From an uncultured Verrucomicrobiae bacterium (lineage in GTDB: Bacteria; Verrucomicrobiota; Verrucomicrobiia; Chthoniobacterales; Chthoniobacteraceae), in assembly GCA_963769025.1 (NCBI GenBank), contig CAVYKI010000003.1:768001-832000 (forward strand): DNA of 64,000 bases, in the 5' to 3' direction. Under the pieces are notes generated by a model. The model did no database searches. It saw only the letters and a program-made list of their open reading frames with translations, and had not been told where the DNA came from. A program made the translations under genes and the position numbers. This document shows positions 20,729 to 30,754 of the stretch, piece after piece (within the stretch, counting starts at the first letter, position 1; each line of letters begins with the position of its first letter).

Positions 20729-20735
20729 AGTGCAA

Positions 20736-21722
20736 ATGCAACCGCAACCAAAGGCGGGCTCGCCCGCCGTCGAAGTCTCGATCGTCATTCCGTTCTTCAA
20801 TGAAGAGGACGGCGTGGAGCGGCTCATGGAAAGGCTGCGCGCCCTGCTGGCAAACCAGAATCCGCAGTGGCAGCTCGTGCTCGTCAACGACGGGAGCCTG
20901 GACGACACGCGGGACCGTTTGCTCACGCGGCTCCGTGGCTTCGCAAATTGGAAATACATCCAGTTGAGCCGCAACTTCGGCCAGCAGGCGGCCTACCGCG
21001 CCGGCATCGACGCGAGCGACGGGAACGCCGTCGTCCTCCTGGATGCCGACCTGCAGGACCCGCCGGAACTCATCCCCGAAATGGTGGAACGCTGGAAACG
21101 AGGCGCGAAGCTCATCACCGCCTGCCGCAAGAGCAGGGCCGAGAAGGGCCTCCGGCGGCTGTTCTTCGAGGCGTTCCATTTCCTCTTCCATCGCATCACC
21201 GGCGGCGTGATGCCAAAGGACAGCGGCACCTTTGGACTGATGGACCGCGTCGTCGCAGACCAGTTGCGCAGGATGCCCGAGCTGAACGTCTTCTTTCCCG
21301 CCCTGCGCTCCTGGGTCGGCTTCAGGCAGGAGATCGTCTGGTACGATCGCGAAGCGCGGGAGGGAGCGCCGAAGCAGTCCATCCGGCGACTTTTCAGCTA
21401 TGCTTGGAATGGCATCACCAGCTTCAGCACCGTTCCGCTCCGGCTGATTTCGGTGCTCGGGCTGCTCGTCTCGATTGTCGGGTTCGGCTACGCTGGCGTC
21501 CTGATCGTGATCCGCTTCATGCAGACCTTCGGTTACTTTCCGGGACTGGTCGTGCAGGGCTTCACCACGCTCGCATCGGCGACGCTCTGCCTCGGAGGCA
21601 TCCAGCTCCTGTGCCTGGGCATCATGGGGGAATACCTGACCAAGATTTACACCGAGGTAAAACGGCGCCCGCCCTACGTGGTCGAGGAAGTCCTGGAGTC
21701 GCCGCGCACCGATGAATCCTGA
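20736..21722 (+). CDS. GT2, GtrB/ArnC-like undecaprenyl-phosphate glycosyltransferase
   Basis: SIVIPFFNEE, NDGSLD, LSRNFGQQAA, LDADLQDPPELI; two C-terminal TMs; GEYL..IY.EVK.RP.Y. Confidence 0.92.
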   Translation: MQPQPKAGSPAVEVSIVIPFFNEEDGVERLMERLRALLANQNPQWQLVLVNDGSLDDTRDRLLTRLRGFANWKYIQLSRNFGQQAAYRAGIDASDGNAVVLLDADLQDPPELIPEMVERWKRGAKLITACRKSRAEKGLRRLFFEAFHFLFHRITGGVMPKDSGTFGLMDRVVADQLRRMPELNVFFPALRSWVGFRQEIVWYDREAREGAPKQSIRRLFSYAWNGITSFSTVPLRLISVLGLLVSIVGFGYAGVLIVIRFMQTFGYFPGLVVQGFTTLASATLCLGGIQLLCLGIMGEYLTKIYTEVKRRPPYVVEEVLESPRTDES

Positions 21723-22464
21723 GGAATACGAGCGGCTCGAGCGCGTCGAGGGGGAGCATTGGTTTTATGCGGGCAAACGGAGGATTGTGCTCGAGAGCCT
21801 GCGCCGGCTCGGTGCGCTGGGCGCGGGAAAGGTGCTCGTCGATTGCGGCGCGGGCACCGGCTTTTTCGCGCGGGAAGCGGGCCGGGAATGTTCCGTGATC
21901 GCCGTCGATGATCACGAGGAGTCCCTCGCGATCGCGCGCAAGTACCTCGGCGACGATCATGTCCGGAAAGGCTCGTGCACCGCCCTGCCGCTCGCCGATG
22001 CCAGTGCGGACATCGCCACGGCGCTCGACGTGATCGAGCACATCCCCGACGATGCCGCCGCAGTCGGCGAAATGTTCCGCATCCTGCGGCCCGGCGGAAC
22101 GCTCATCGTCACCGTGCCGGCATTCCAATCCCTCTGGAGCGACTGGGACGTCGCACTGCACCACCAGCGGCGCTACCGCCGGAAGCCGCTCCGCGACCTT
22201 CTCTCCGCGCGCGGCTTCGAGGTGCTGCGCTGCGAATACGTCAATGTCCTCGCATTCCCGGCCGTCTGGATTTTGCGCAAGTGGCGCACCTGGTTTCCGG
22301 GCAGGGAACCGGGCGCGACGTTGCGGGCCGAGGAACGGATCCCGCCCGCGTGGCTCAACGGGCTGCTAATGGCGGCATTCGTCCGTCCGGCATTGCAGAC
22401 TGCGGTGTCCTTTCCATTCGGCGTCGGACTGCTCGCAGTCGCCCGTAAGCCGTCAAACCCGTAA
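21712..22464 (+). CDS. Class I SAM-dependent methyltransferase
   Basis: EHWFY, VDCGAGTG, LDVIEHI, RILRPGG..IVTVPA, D...HHQRRY. Confidence 0.9.
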   Translation: MNPEEYERLERVEGEHWFYAGKRRIVLESLRRLGALGAGKVLVDCGAGTGFFAREAGRECSVIAVDDHEESLAIARKYLGDDHVRKGSCTALPLADASADIATALDVIEHIPDDAAAVGEMFRILRPGGTLIVTVPAFQSLWSDWDVALHHQRRYRRKPLRDLLSARGFEVLRCEYVNVLAFPAVWILRKWRTWFPGREPGATLRAEERIPPAWLNGLLMAAFVRPALQTAVSFPFGVGLLAVARKPSNP

Positions 22465-22467
22465 CGC

Positions 22468-23952
22468 GTGAGCACCACCGCAAAGCTTTTTCTTCTCGTG
22501 GCGCTCGCGCTTTGCACGCTGATGCCGAGCACACAAAGCCTGTGGATGGACGAGGCGCAGACGTGGCGCCTTGCGTCGATGCCCTCGCTCAGCGCAGTCG
22601 TCGCGGACTTGCGGCAGACGCAGGCGTCCGAGGCGATGATGCCGCTCGGGATGTTTTCCGCGTGGATCTCCGCGCGCGTCTTCGGACTGGGCGAATGGCA
22701 GATGCGGGCGCCAAACATTTTTTGGGCCGCGGCGTCCGTCGTCGCATTCGCCATGATCGGACGGCGGTGGAAAGCGCCGTGGAGTCCCCTGCTCTTCGCC
22801 ATCCAGCCCTTCCTCTGGTTTTACGCCAACGAAGCGCGGCCCTACGCCCTCCAAATCGCGGCAGGCGCGTGGCTGCTCGCCGGGTTGGTCGCGGCATTCG
22901 ACGAACGTGCGATCTCCGCGAAGACATTGCTCATTGTCTCGGTCGCGTCGTGCGCGCTCGTCGGGACGACCCTTTTCGGCATCCTCACGGCCGGTCCCGC
23001 GATTGCGATCCTGGCGTGGTTCGCGCGGCGCGAGCGGTGGGCGCTGCCGGAGAAATGGAAGCTGTGCGCCACCGTCGTCCTGATCTGGTTTGCAACGCTC
23101 GGGGTCTATTACCTCTTCGCGATCCTGCGCGGCGCAGCGGGCGCGCGCCTGTGGGCGGTGGGAATCCAAAACATCCTCTTTGCCCTCTACGAGATTGGCG
23201 GCTTCGGCGGCCTTGGATTCGGCCGCACGGAGATCCGTGAACTCGCGCAACTTGGGAAGCTCGCGACGATTCTGAAATGTCCCTGGTGGGGCATCCTCGC
23301 GTCGGGATTGCTGGCGGGCTCCTACCTTGTTGCGGGCCGCTGGCTGCTCATGCGTTTGAAGCAGCCGAAGGTGCGAGACGTCGCCATTTCCGTGGCGCTG
23401 ATCGCTGCCCTCAGCCTCGGTGCGCTCGCAGTGCTCGCGCTCGTGGTGCATTTCCCATTTTGGGGCCGCCACGCGGCGCCGGTTTTTCCATTCGTTTGCG
23501 GGCTGCTCATTTTCTCCATCGCCCACGCTCCGAGGCGGCGCGGGCTTGCCGCGATCGCGATCGCATGCCTCTGCCTCGCGCTCGCCGTGTCCACGGTGCA
23601 ACTGCGGCTGGCCCCGCAACACCGCAAGGACGATTACCGCTCTGCGGCCGTGCTCGCGAGGAAGGGCCTGGAGGACAATAAGGAAGTCTGGTGGAGCGCG
23701 GACCGCGAGACGGCCCGCTACTACGGCGTTGCATTCCGCGATCCCGAGCGGCCCGGCCCGGGCGCATTCTACGCGAGCGGGAGCAGCCGCGGCATGCTCA
23801 ACACCCAGCCGTTGCCCGATCTCATTCTCATGTCCAAGCCGGACGTCTTCGATCCGAGCGGAACGCTGGCCGGCTACGTCGCCGACAATCAGTACCGGCG
23901 CGAGCAACGGTTCAACGCATTCGAGGCGCTCGTGAAACCGCCGCCTCGCTAG
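22468..23952 (+). CDS. GT-C (ArnT/PMT-like) membrane glycosyltransferase
   Basis: QSLWMDE after TM1; YANEARPYAL; multiple TMs; KDDYRSA. Confidence 0.78.
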   Translation: MSTTAKLFLLVALALCTLMPSTQSLWMDEAQTWRLASMPSLSAVVADLRQTQASEAMMPLGMFSAWISARVFGLGEWQMRAPNIFWAAASVVAFAMIGRRWKAPWSPLLFAIQPFLWFYANEARPYALQIAAGAWLLAGLVAAFDERAISAKTLLIVSVASCALVGTTLFGILTAGPAIAILAWFARRERWALPEKWKLCATVVLIWFATLGVYYLFAILRGAAGARLWAVGIQNILFALYEIGGFGGLGFGRTEIRELAQLGKLATILKCPWWGILASGLLAGSYLVAGRWLLMRLKQPKVRDVAISVALIAALSLGALAVLALVVHFPFWGRHAAPVFPFVCGLLIFSIAHAPRRRGLAAIAIACLCLALAVSTVQLRLAPQHRKDDYRSAAVLARKGLEDNKEVWWSADRETARYYGVAFRDPERPGPGAFYASGSSRGMLNTQPLPDLILMSKPDVFDPSGTLAGYVADNQYRREQRFNAFEALVKPPPR

Positions 23953-23970
23953 GGCGGTTTCTGGAAAACT

Positions 23971-24055
23971 GCAGCCGCCGACGGCAGGAGGCGGGCACTT
24001 TTGAGATGCCTATTACAGAGGGAAAGCGTGCCCGCCTCGTTCCCTCGTCGGCTAC
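23971..24055. repeat. REP-like inverted repeat pair between convergent genes
   Basis: gcagccgccgacggcaggaggcgggcac ... gtgcccgcctcgttccctcgtcggctac form imperfect inverted arms with G(C/T)AG..CTAC ends. Confidence 0.6.
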
Positions 24056-24073
24056 GAAATAAAGTGAACCGCG

Positions 24074-25582
24074 CTAGCGGGATTCCTTTCGCCGATAGGC
24101 CGTGAAGCGCCCGTCGCTTTCGACCACCTCGAACCCGGCGCCCGTGAGCCAGTCGTCGCTCTCAGCCTTTGGAACCGCGGCACCTCGGAACCTGGCGAAT
24201 GCGCCCGCCAGCCCCGATGGCGCAGGCTGCGGAGACGTCACCACGGCCACCTTCGCCCGCTCCATCGCCAGCCCACGGATTTTCTCCGGCGTGCCGCCTG
24301 TCCAAACGAAAGCCGGCCGGCCGGAGTAGTAGGCCGGCACGGGATTGTACGGGTAATCCACCATGTCGAAGCGATGGTTCGGCCGGAAGAGGATCACCTC
24401 TCCCGGCCCGGAGTGATCGCGCACCCACTGCGCAGCCTCGAAGATTTGCCGGTCCTGCTTGAACAGGTAAAACCAGACTGGAATCGGCGGCACGACCACG
24501 AGGAGCGCGATGATCGGGATCGCGACCGCCCGCATTTTCGCAACCCAACCCAACGCAAGGAGCGCCTCAATCCCGATCCCGAAAAGCGCGCAGAGTGGCG
24601 CCACTGCCGGAAGGTTGTAGTAGCTCTGGCTCGAGCCCGCGTTGCCAAACCAGATCAGGTAAAACAGTGCGATCGACACGAGCCACACGCCGAGAAGCCC
24701 GCGACTCCTCGTGCGGATGAACGTCCAAAGTCCCATCGCCGCAGCCAGCGCCGCCGGTCCGGAAAAGACGAAGGCGCCGAGATACCCGGCGAGCATCATC
24801 CACGGCCTCGCTTGAAAGCGGCTGCCCAGCGGACCGATGAAACCGCGCAGGGCTTCGCCCGAATTCCACTCGGGCAGGTACGCGGAATTGATCGAGTCCA
24901 CGTAGCCACTCCAGGCCTTGAGCGCCGCGACGGTGAGCAGGCCTGCGATGATGGTGCGCGGCATGACCAGCGTGCGCCATCCGTGACGGAACGCGACCGC
25001 CGCTAGCAGGAGATAGAGGTGCGCAAACTCGGGCAGCTTCACCAGCAATCCGACCGCTCCGACGGACGTGAGCGCGATCCATCGTCCAAGACCGGGCTTT
25101 TCGTCATGGCGCAGCACCAGGACGACGAACGCAAACGCCAGCGCCTGCACGAGCATCTCGGGCATGAATGCCTGACCGTAGAAAACTTCCAGCGGCGCGA
25201 TGACGAAGAGCAGATTCGCCCAGAACGTCTTTGCCCCGCCGAGCATCCGGCGCCAGATCGCTTGCAGAAGGACGAAGGAGAAAGCCCACAGGACGATCGA
25301 TGTCACCTTTCCGCTCAGATCGAGATTTCCCGTGAACCAATGCACGGCCATCACGAGATAGTTGTAGAGCGGCAGCTCGAGGATGAAGTGCGCATCCAGA
25401 TCGCCCAGCCACGGGATTTTCGCCGCCAAGGGGAAGCCCGGCTGCCCGATGAGGCTCTCCGTCGCCGCCGCTGTCTGGCACTGGCGGAGCAGGTGGGCAT
25501 CCACCAATGGCTGGTTGAGGGCCACGCTGCGCAGGAGGATTCCCAGGATGAGGAATACCCAGAATGAGCGCGCCGATTTCAT
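24074..25582 (-). CDS. GT-C (ArnT/GT39-like) membrane glycosyltransferase
   Basis: D.H..RQ.QTA, ELPLYNY, YGQAFMPE, LLVKLP, YYNLP; many TMs. Confidence 0.8.
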   Translation of the reverse strand: MKSARSFWVFLILGILLRSVALNQPLVDAHLLRQCQTAAATESLIGQPGFPLAAKIPWLGDLDAHFILELPLYNYLVMAVHWFTGNLDLSGKVTSIVLWAFSFVLLQAIWRRMLGGAKTFWANLLFVIAPLEVFYGQAFMPEMLVQALAFAFVVLVLRHDEKPGLGRWIALTSVGAVGLLVKLPEFAHLYLLLAAVAFRHGWRTLVMPRTIIAGLLTVAALKAWSGYVDSINSAYLPEWNSGEALRGFIGPLGSRFQARPWMMLAGYLGAFVFSGPAALAAAMGLWTFIRTRSRGLLGVWLVSIALFYLIWFGNAGSSQSYYNLPAVAPLCALFGIGIEALLALGWVAKMRAVAIPIIALLVVVPPIPVWFYLFKQDRQIFEAAQWVRDHSGPGEVILFRPNHRFDMVDYPYNPVPAYYSGRPAFVWTGGTPEKIRGLAMERAKVAVVTSPQPAPSGLAGAFARFRGAAVPKAESDDWLTGAGFEVVESDGRFTAYRRKESR

Positions 25583-25610
25583 CGAGGCCAGGACCGAGGA
25601 GCCGCGCGGA

Positions 25611-26675
25611 CTAACTGGAAATCTCCAGCCATTGCGGATTTTCAGCCGCGTGGATGGCGATCTCCTCCAGCGTGTCCTCGATGGAAATTTCCGGACGCCA
25701 CTGCCACTGGCGCTCGGCGAGACCCGCATCCATTACCATCCACGGAATGTCGAAAGGCCGCTCCGCTGCATCCACGCCGACTCTGTGTTTTCCGAACCGG
25801 CGCTCGCACCATCCGCTGAGTTGCCGCAGCGACATGGCGCGAGCGGCGCCGCCCGCCACGTTTTGCATCCGGCTCACGGCACGGTGCGGGTCGCGGAGTT
25901 GCGCGAGGACGAGGCGCCCCAGATCGCGCGGGTGCAGGCAATCGCGGACCTGATGTCCCTCGCCGCCGAAACCGATGTATCGCAGCGGACGGCGCTGCGC
26001 CCACGAGTGAATCCAGAAACTGAAGATGCCCTGATCCGCGCGACCGAACTGCCCCGCGCCGGCCAGCACGCCGCAGCGGTTGATCCACACCGGCAGGCCG
26101 AAGGCGGCCCCGTATTCCAGCGCGAGCTGCTCGGAGCAGAGCTTCGTGCTGCCGTAGAGCGAGACCGGCGCATCGGTCGGGAAGCTCTCCCCCACGCCGG
26201 CAGCGGTGACACCGGGTGGGAGCGCGCGCCCTGCTTCGGGGTGAAATGCGTCGCCTTCCACCCGCACCGGCAGGCTGGCGAGCGGCGGAATGGAATACAC
26301 GCGGCTCGTGCTCAGCAGCAGAAAACCCGCGCAGTGCGCCTTGCAGTATTCGAGCATCTGCACGGTGCCGCCGAGATTGTGCTCGATGATCTGCCGACTG
26401 CTCGTGCGCCCGTCCACGCCTGCGAGCACGCTCGCGTTCGCCGCTGCATCGATGACCCAGTCGGCCGGCGGGAGCGCATCGATGTCGCTCTGCACGCGGA
26501 GATCGGCATGGGAAACCTTCACGCCAAGCGCTTGCAGCTTCCGCCGGTTCGTCTCGCTGCCTGGACGGATGAAATTGTCGAACCCGCAGACGGTGATGGA
26601 GGAATCCTGTTCGCGAAAATGGCGCGCCAGCGAACTGCCCACGAACCCGCAGATGCCCGAGATGAGAACCTTCAT
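25611..26675 (-). CDS. NAD-dependent epimerase (CDP-paratose 2-epimerase-like)
   Basis: LISGICGFVG, DNFIRPGS, STSRVYS, SLYGSTK, NRCGVLAGAGQFG..DQG, GHQVRD. Confidence 0.87.
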   Translation of the reverse strand: MKVLISGICGFVGSSLARHFREQDSSITVCGFDNFIRPGSETNRRKLQALGVKVSHADLRVQSDIDALPPADWVIDAAANASVLAGVDGRTSSRQIIEHNLGGTVQMLEYCKAHCAGFLLLSTSRVYSIPPLASLPVRVEGDAFHPEAGRALPPGVTAAGVGESFPTDAPVSLYGSTKLCSEQLALEYGAAFGLPVWINRCGVLAGAGQFGRADQGIFSFWIHSWAQRRPLRYIGFGGEGHQVRDCLHPRDLGRLVLAQLRDPHRAVSRMQNVAGGAARAMSLRQLSGWCERRFGKHRVGVDAAERPFDIPWMVMDAGLAERQWQWRPEISIEDTLEEIAIHAAENPQWLEISS

Positions 26676-26803
26676 CGGCTCGGCCTTATGAGTTCCAAGT
26701 CCAGCGGTCGGCGCATTTGCGACGCTGTCTAGGCGAGGGTCAATGTGCGGTCAAGTGCCCGGCGCTTGTCGCCCGGCGCACGCTCCGGTAGCTTCGCACA
26801 CCA

Positions 26804-27658
26804 ATGTCCCCCGGTTCGCTTTGTCGCCGCCCGCTCAATGTAGTGACCGCTTGCCGTGCGGCGGATGTGCGCATCCTGCGCCTGGCTCTCGACGGCTTGC
26901 AGCGCTTTGTCCCCTTCCGGAAACTGCACGTCATCACGGCGCGGTCGAATTTCTCGCGCTGCCGCCGCGCCCTCGGAAATGATGTGGAGTTGCTCGATGA
27001 AGACGCGCTGATCCCCGGCATGACCTTGCAGAGTCTTCGCGGGCTCGCACTGCCGGGTTTTCCGAAAGGCGCAGGCTGGTACTTTCAGCAGCTCCTGAAG
27101 TTTGCGTTCGCTCTCCGCGAGCCGGCCGACGATTACTGCCTCATCTGGGACGCGGATACGGTTCCGCTGCGCGCGCTCGAGTTTTTCGACACGGAAGGCC
27201 GGATGCTCCTGACCACTGCGGAGGAAGAGCACATTCCGTATTTCGAGACGTACCGAAGGCTGCTGGGCGAGGAGCCGCGGCGGGAGTGTTCCTTCATCGC
27301 GCAGCACATGATCGTGCAGACAGCCGTGCTGCGTGAAATGCTGGCTACGATCGAGGGCAGGCTGCCGGGCCACGAAAATTGGGCGTGGGCGATCATGAAA
27401 AATCTCGCGGGGAGCAGCACGAATCTTTTCAGCGAATACGAGATGCTCGGCCATTACACTAGGAACCACTTTCCCGAGCGCGTGGCTTTGCGGCAGCTGC
27501 CCTGGCTGCGCGATGGTTCGCGGGAGATCGGGGGAATGCCATCGGCGGCGGATCTGGCGCGGCTTGGCGGGCGGTACGCATTTGCCGCCTTCGAATCCGG
27601 GCAGATGCCGCTGCGCCGCTTCGTCCGCACGCTGCGCGGATGGCTGGGTGGACGCTGA
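26804..27658 (+). CDS. Putative nucleotide-sugar transferase (DUF6492-like)
   Basis: GWYFQQLLK, IWDADTV (DxD), SFIAQHM, FSEYE; start uncertain. Confidence 0.65.
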   Translation: MSPGSLCRRPLNVVTACRAADVRILRLALDGLQRFVPFRKLHVITARSNFSRCRRALGNDVELLDEDALIPGMTLQSLRGLALPGFPKGAGWYFQQLLKFAFALREPADDYCLIWDADTVPLRALEFFDTEGRMLLTTAEEEHIPYFETYRRLLGEEPRRECSFIAQHMIVQTAVLREMLATIEGRLPGHENWAWAIMKNLAGSSTNLFSEYEMLGHYTRNHFPERVALRQLPWLRDGSREIGGMPSAADLARLGGRYAFAAFESGQMPLRRFVRTLRGWLGGR

Positions 27659-27680
27659 CAGGCGGAAGCGCTGCGTCCCG

Positions 27681-28397
27681 TCAGCGGCCTTGCGACACGC
27701 GCTTGCGAAGCGCCTCGGGCATGACTTGCAAAAGGAGCGCGCACAATTTCCGGGGCAGAAACCGGCCGAGCAATTCCACGGGCTGCATCCGCATCGCCCG
27801 CAGTCTGCGCGCGGCGGCAGTGCGGCTCGCGGCGGTCGGCAAGTCGCGGAGTTTCACCGCGGTGAGCAGCCCCTCGACGCTGATGTCGTGGAGTTCGACT
27901 TTCCAGTTGTCCAGCAGCTCGAGGTAGGGCCGCAGCCATTTTCCCTTCCGGAGTTTGGCGTCGTGCGCGAGCAGTTGTCCGCCGACCGGGATGCGGTCGG
28001 CGAGCAGTTGGAACTCCGTGATTTGCTCCATCGGGTTGTCGCCGCCATCGAGAAACGCGATATCGACGCACGCTTCCGCGCCGAGTTCCTTCAGCCACTT
28101 CGGGATCACATCCTGCGAAAAACCGAAGAGCGGCGTGAACCGGTGCGCCGCCTCGGGAATGGCCTTGCGGATGTTCTCGATCATCCGGTCGTAGATGGAG
28201 CGATCCGCTTCGACGCCCCACAGGCGGCCCTCGCCATTCTGTTGCAGCGCCTTGAGAAAATGCAGCGTGCTTCCGCCCCCGAGCCACGTGCCGATCTCGA
28301 TGACGATCCGCGGTTTCCGCGGCGCGTCGAGGATCGCGGCGGTGAGGATGCACCGCTCCTCGGGATTGAGCTGGCCGGAGATTTCGACGGCGGACAT
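27681..28397 (-). CDS. Class I SAM methyltransferase (Methyltransf_24-like)
   Basis: VIEIGTWLGGGST, IAFLDG, LLAHD. Confidence 0.8.
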   Translation of the reverse strand: MSAVEISGQLNPEERCILTAAILDAPRKPRIVIEIGTWLGGGSTLHFLKALQQNGEGRLWGVEADRSIYDRMIENIRKAIPEAAHRFTPLFGFSQDVIPKWLKELGAEACVDIAFLDGGDNPMEQITEFQLLADRIPVGGQLLAHDAKLRKGKWLRPYLELLDNWKVELHDISVEGLLTAVKLRDLPTAASRTAAARRLRAMRMQPVELLGRFLPRKLCALLLQVMPEALRKRVSQGR

Positions 28398-28410
28398 GGG
28401 GCGCGCTGGG

Positions 28411-29571
28411 TTACGGATTCCGCGCGGCACCGGCAAGCACTTCGTGGTAAATCTCCACGTGCCGCCGCGCGATGACCTCCGGATGGTAGCGTCGCCGCAT
28501 CTCCGCGGCAGCGGCAGTCGGGCGGGGCGAACCGGCGCGCAGCCACGCAGCGATCCTTCCCTCCAACGCATCGCGATCTTCCAGTGGGAAAAGTTCCGCG
28601 CCTTCCACGTCGGTTGCGATGTCGCGGAGTCCGCCGACATCGGTCCCGAAGAATTTGAGATTCCTCGCCAATGCTTCCGCCGCCACGAGCCCGAACGCCT
28701 CCTCGCTTGGGACATGGACCAGCACCGACGCGGCATCCATTGCCGCAATCAATTCGGCGAGCGTTTTCATCCCAAAGTGCCGCGCAAAACCTGCGGCTCC
28801 GGCTTCGCGGATGCGGTTCAAAAACCGCGCGGCGTAAGGATCAGCCGGATCCGCAGCTCCGAAGAAATGGATTTCAAAATCCAATCCCTCGCCATGCAGC
28901 CGCTCCGCTACTTCGAACAATTCCGATTGCCGCTTGTAGCCACAGATGGTGCCGATGTTCAGAAGGACGGGTCTCGGCGGACGCACCGCCGTCGCCGGAG
29001 TGTCGAAGAACCCGGCGCGCAGCGCGTTCGGGACACGCCACGTCCGCCGGGCACGGGGACGGACCACGGATTCCGTGTACGCGGAATTGCAAAAAACGCC
29101 GCCCGCCCTCGGCAGCGCAAAATTTTCGAGCCGTGCCGCCAGCCAGTAATAACCGCCGAAGCGCGCGCGGACGTGCTTCGCCACCTGCGCCATGTTGCCA
29201 TGGATGGTAACCACATTCGGGAAGCCCGAGAAGACTGCGGCCAGCGCGCATTCCCGCTCGGTCCCCTGGCCGTGAACGATGTCCGGTTTTAGTTCGCGGA
29301 GTTTGCGGCGGATGGCACGGATGCAGCCCTGATAGCCGGTGCGCAGCCAGCCGAACTTGGGGACGTGGAGCAGGTGAAACCACGTGTTGTCCGCGATTTT
29401 CTCCGGCGATCGCATCGGCCGCTGGGTGCAGGAGACGACATGCACTTCCAGCCCCGGCTGGCCGGCCAGCCCCTGGATGACCGCTTCGATCGCCGGGCCA
29501 AACTGCGGCTCGGGCAGTTCGTAATTGCGAAGATGCTCGCGGTTGTCCGTGGTGAGTATGGCCAGGCGCAT
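28411..29571 (-). CDS. Glycosyltransferase family 4
   Basis: PDIVHGQG, VTIHG, VPNAL, EAFGLVAAEALA. Confidence 0.9.
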   Translation of the reverse strand: MRLAILTTDNREHLRNYELPEPQFGPAIEAVIQGLAGQPGLEVHVVSCTQRPMRSPEKIADNTWFHLLHVPKFGWLRTGYQGCIRAIRRKLRELKPDIVHGQGTERECALAAVFSGFPNVVTIHGNMAQVAKHVRARFGGYYWLAARLENFALPRAGGVFCNSAYTESVVRPRARRTWRVPNALRAGFFDTPATAVRPPRPVLLNIGTICGYKRQSELFEVAERLHGEGLDFEIHFFGAADPADPYAARFLNRIREAGAAGFARHFGMKTLAELIAAMDAASVLVHVPSEEAFGLVAAEALARNLKFFGTDVGGLRDIATDVEGAELFPLEDRDALEGRIAAWLRAGSPRPTAAAAEMRRRYHPEVIARRHVEIYHEVLAGAARNP

Positions 29572-29759
29572 TCGCCTGCGAGAGTGGCAGCGGGTTGGGA
29601 AGTCGTCAAAGGGCGCGTCGTCCGCGCTGCGACCACGGGCGTTCTCCGCCTGCGGAGGCCGTGCGGAATGACCTGCTGGGGAGCCGCTCCACGCAGAACG
29701 ATCCACCCGCGCACAACGGAGCCGGTGCCGGCAGGGAGCCAGCGCAAGCCCGGAGCGGC

Positions 29760-30737
29760 TTAACTCGCAGCGGTTGGAGGGCGTTGCGGCTTTCGCTTCA
29801 TACTGCGGTAAAGTAGCGCGATCAGGAGATGGTGCAGCGGACCAGCCAGGGCCATGAGCGGCTTAAAAGTCCGCTCGGTGCGCCATTGGTCCCGGATCGT
29901 CACGGCGGTCCCGCGGAGGAATGAGTATAGACCGTAGCGAACCGGGCGGGCGCGCAGGCGGCTCCAAAATTCCGGCCACTCCGCACTCTGCCAACGCCAG
30001 CGCGGGAGGTCGAGCGGGCTGCCCAGCAATGACTGGGCGATGACGCGCCGCCAAACGGAACCTTGCCGGCGGACGAGAATGTTTTTCAGCCCATAGGATT
30101 TTCTCACCGGCTCGTGCCGCAGGACCAACGCCAGCGGCTCGTAGCGACCATCGGGAACCGGCACTTGCTCGGCCATGCCGAAGAAACGCACGCGCCGCCG
30201 ATGGATGAAAAAAATCCGCCCTGCCGGCCAGCGCCGGGTGACGGCGCGCACTCCGTCCCAAAGCGGCCAGATGCAGGTGTAGCCCGACACGTCCGCCGGC
30301 GGCTCCGGCGCTGCCCGACAACCCTCCAGCCACATCTTCATCTCCACGCTGGGATATTCGTCCGCATCGAGCCGGAGAATCCAATCATGCCGCGCTTGCG
30401 ACCACGCAAATGGCCAATGCGGTTCCTGCTGGAAACAGCGCGGGCCTTCGAAGAAACGCCCGCCGTGTTTCACGACCAGCTCATGAATGCTGCCGGGCCT
30501 GGGCGGCACGTTCGGCTCCCTGTAGACAGGGATCGGCGGTGTGCCGGGATCGATTCGCGAAAAATCGAGGGCATTTGCGCCGGGCGCAGCGATGACGGCA
30601 GGTTTTTCCGGTTCGGGCTGTTCCGGCCCGTCGTGAACCACGACGAGATCGTCGTAAAGGCCGGCACTTTCCTGAAGCAAGCGGGCGAGAAGCTCCCGCT
30701 CCCGGCAAATGCACACGACGAGGGAAATGGGACGCAT
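29760..30737 (-). CDS. GT2-like glycosyltransferase (WaaE/KdtX-like)
   Basis: ISLVV, VVVHDG, ARHDWILRLDADE. Confidence 0.75.
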   Translation of the reverse strand: MRPISLVVCICRERELLARLLQESAGLYDDLVVVHDGPEQPEPEKPAVIAAPGANALDFSRIDPGTPPIPVYREPNVPPRPGSIHELVVKHGGRFFEGPRCFQQEPHWPFAWSQARHDWILRLDADEYPSVEMKMWLEGCRAAPEPPADVSGYTCIWPLWDGVRAVTRRWPAGRIFFIHRRRVRFFGMAEQVPVPDGRYEPLALVLRHEPVRKSYGLKNILVRRQGSVWRRVIAQSLLGSPLDLPRWRWQSAEWPEFWSRLRARPVRYGLYSFLRGTAVTIRDQWRTERTFKPLMALAGPLHHLLIALLYRSMKRKPQRPPTAAS

Positions 30738-30754
30738 GATCAGATGGGATGGAG

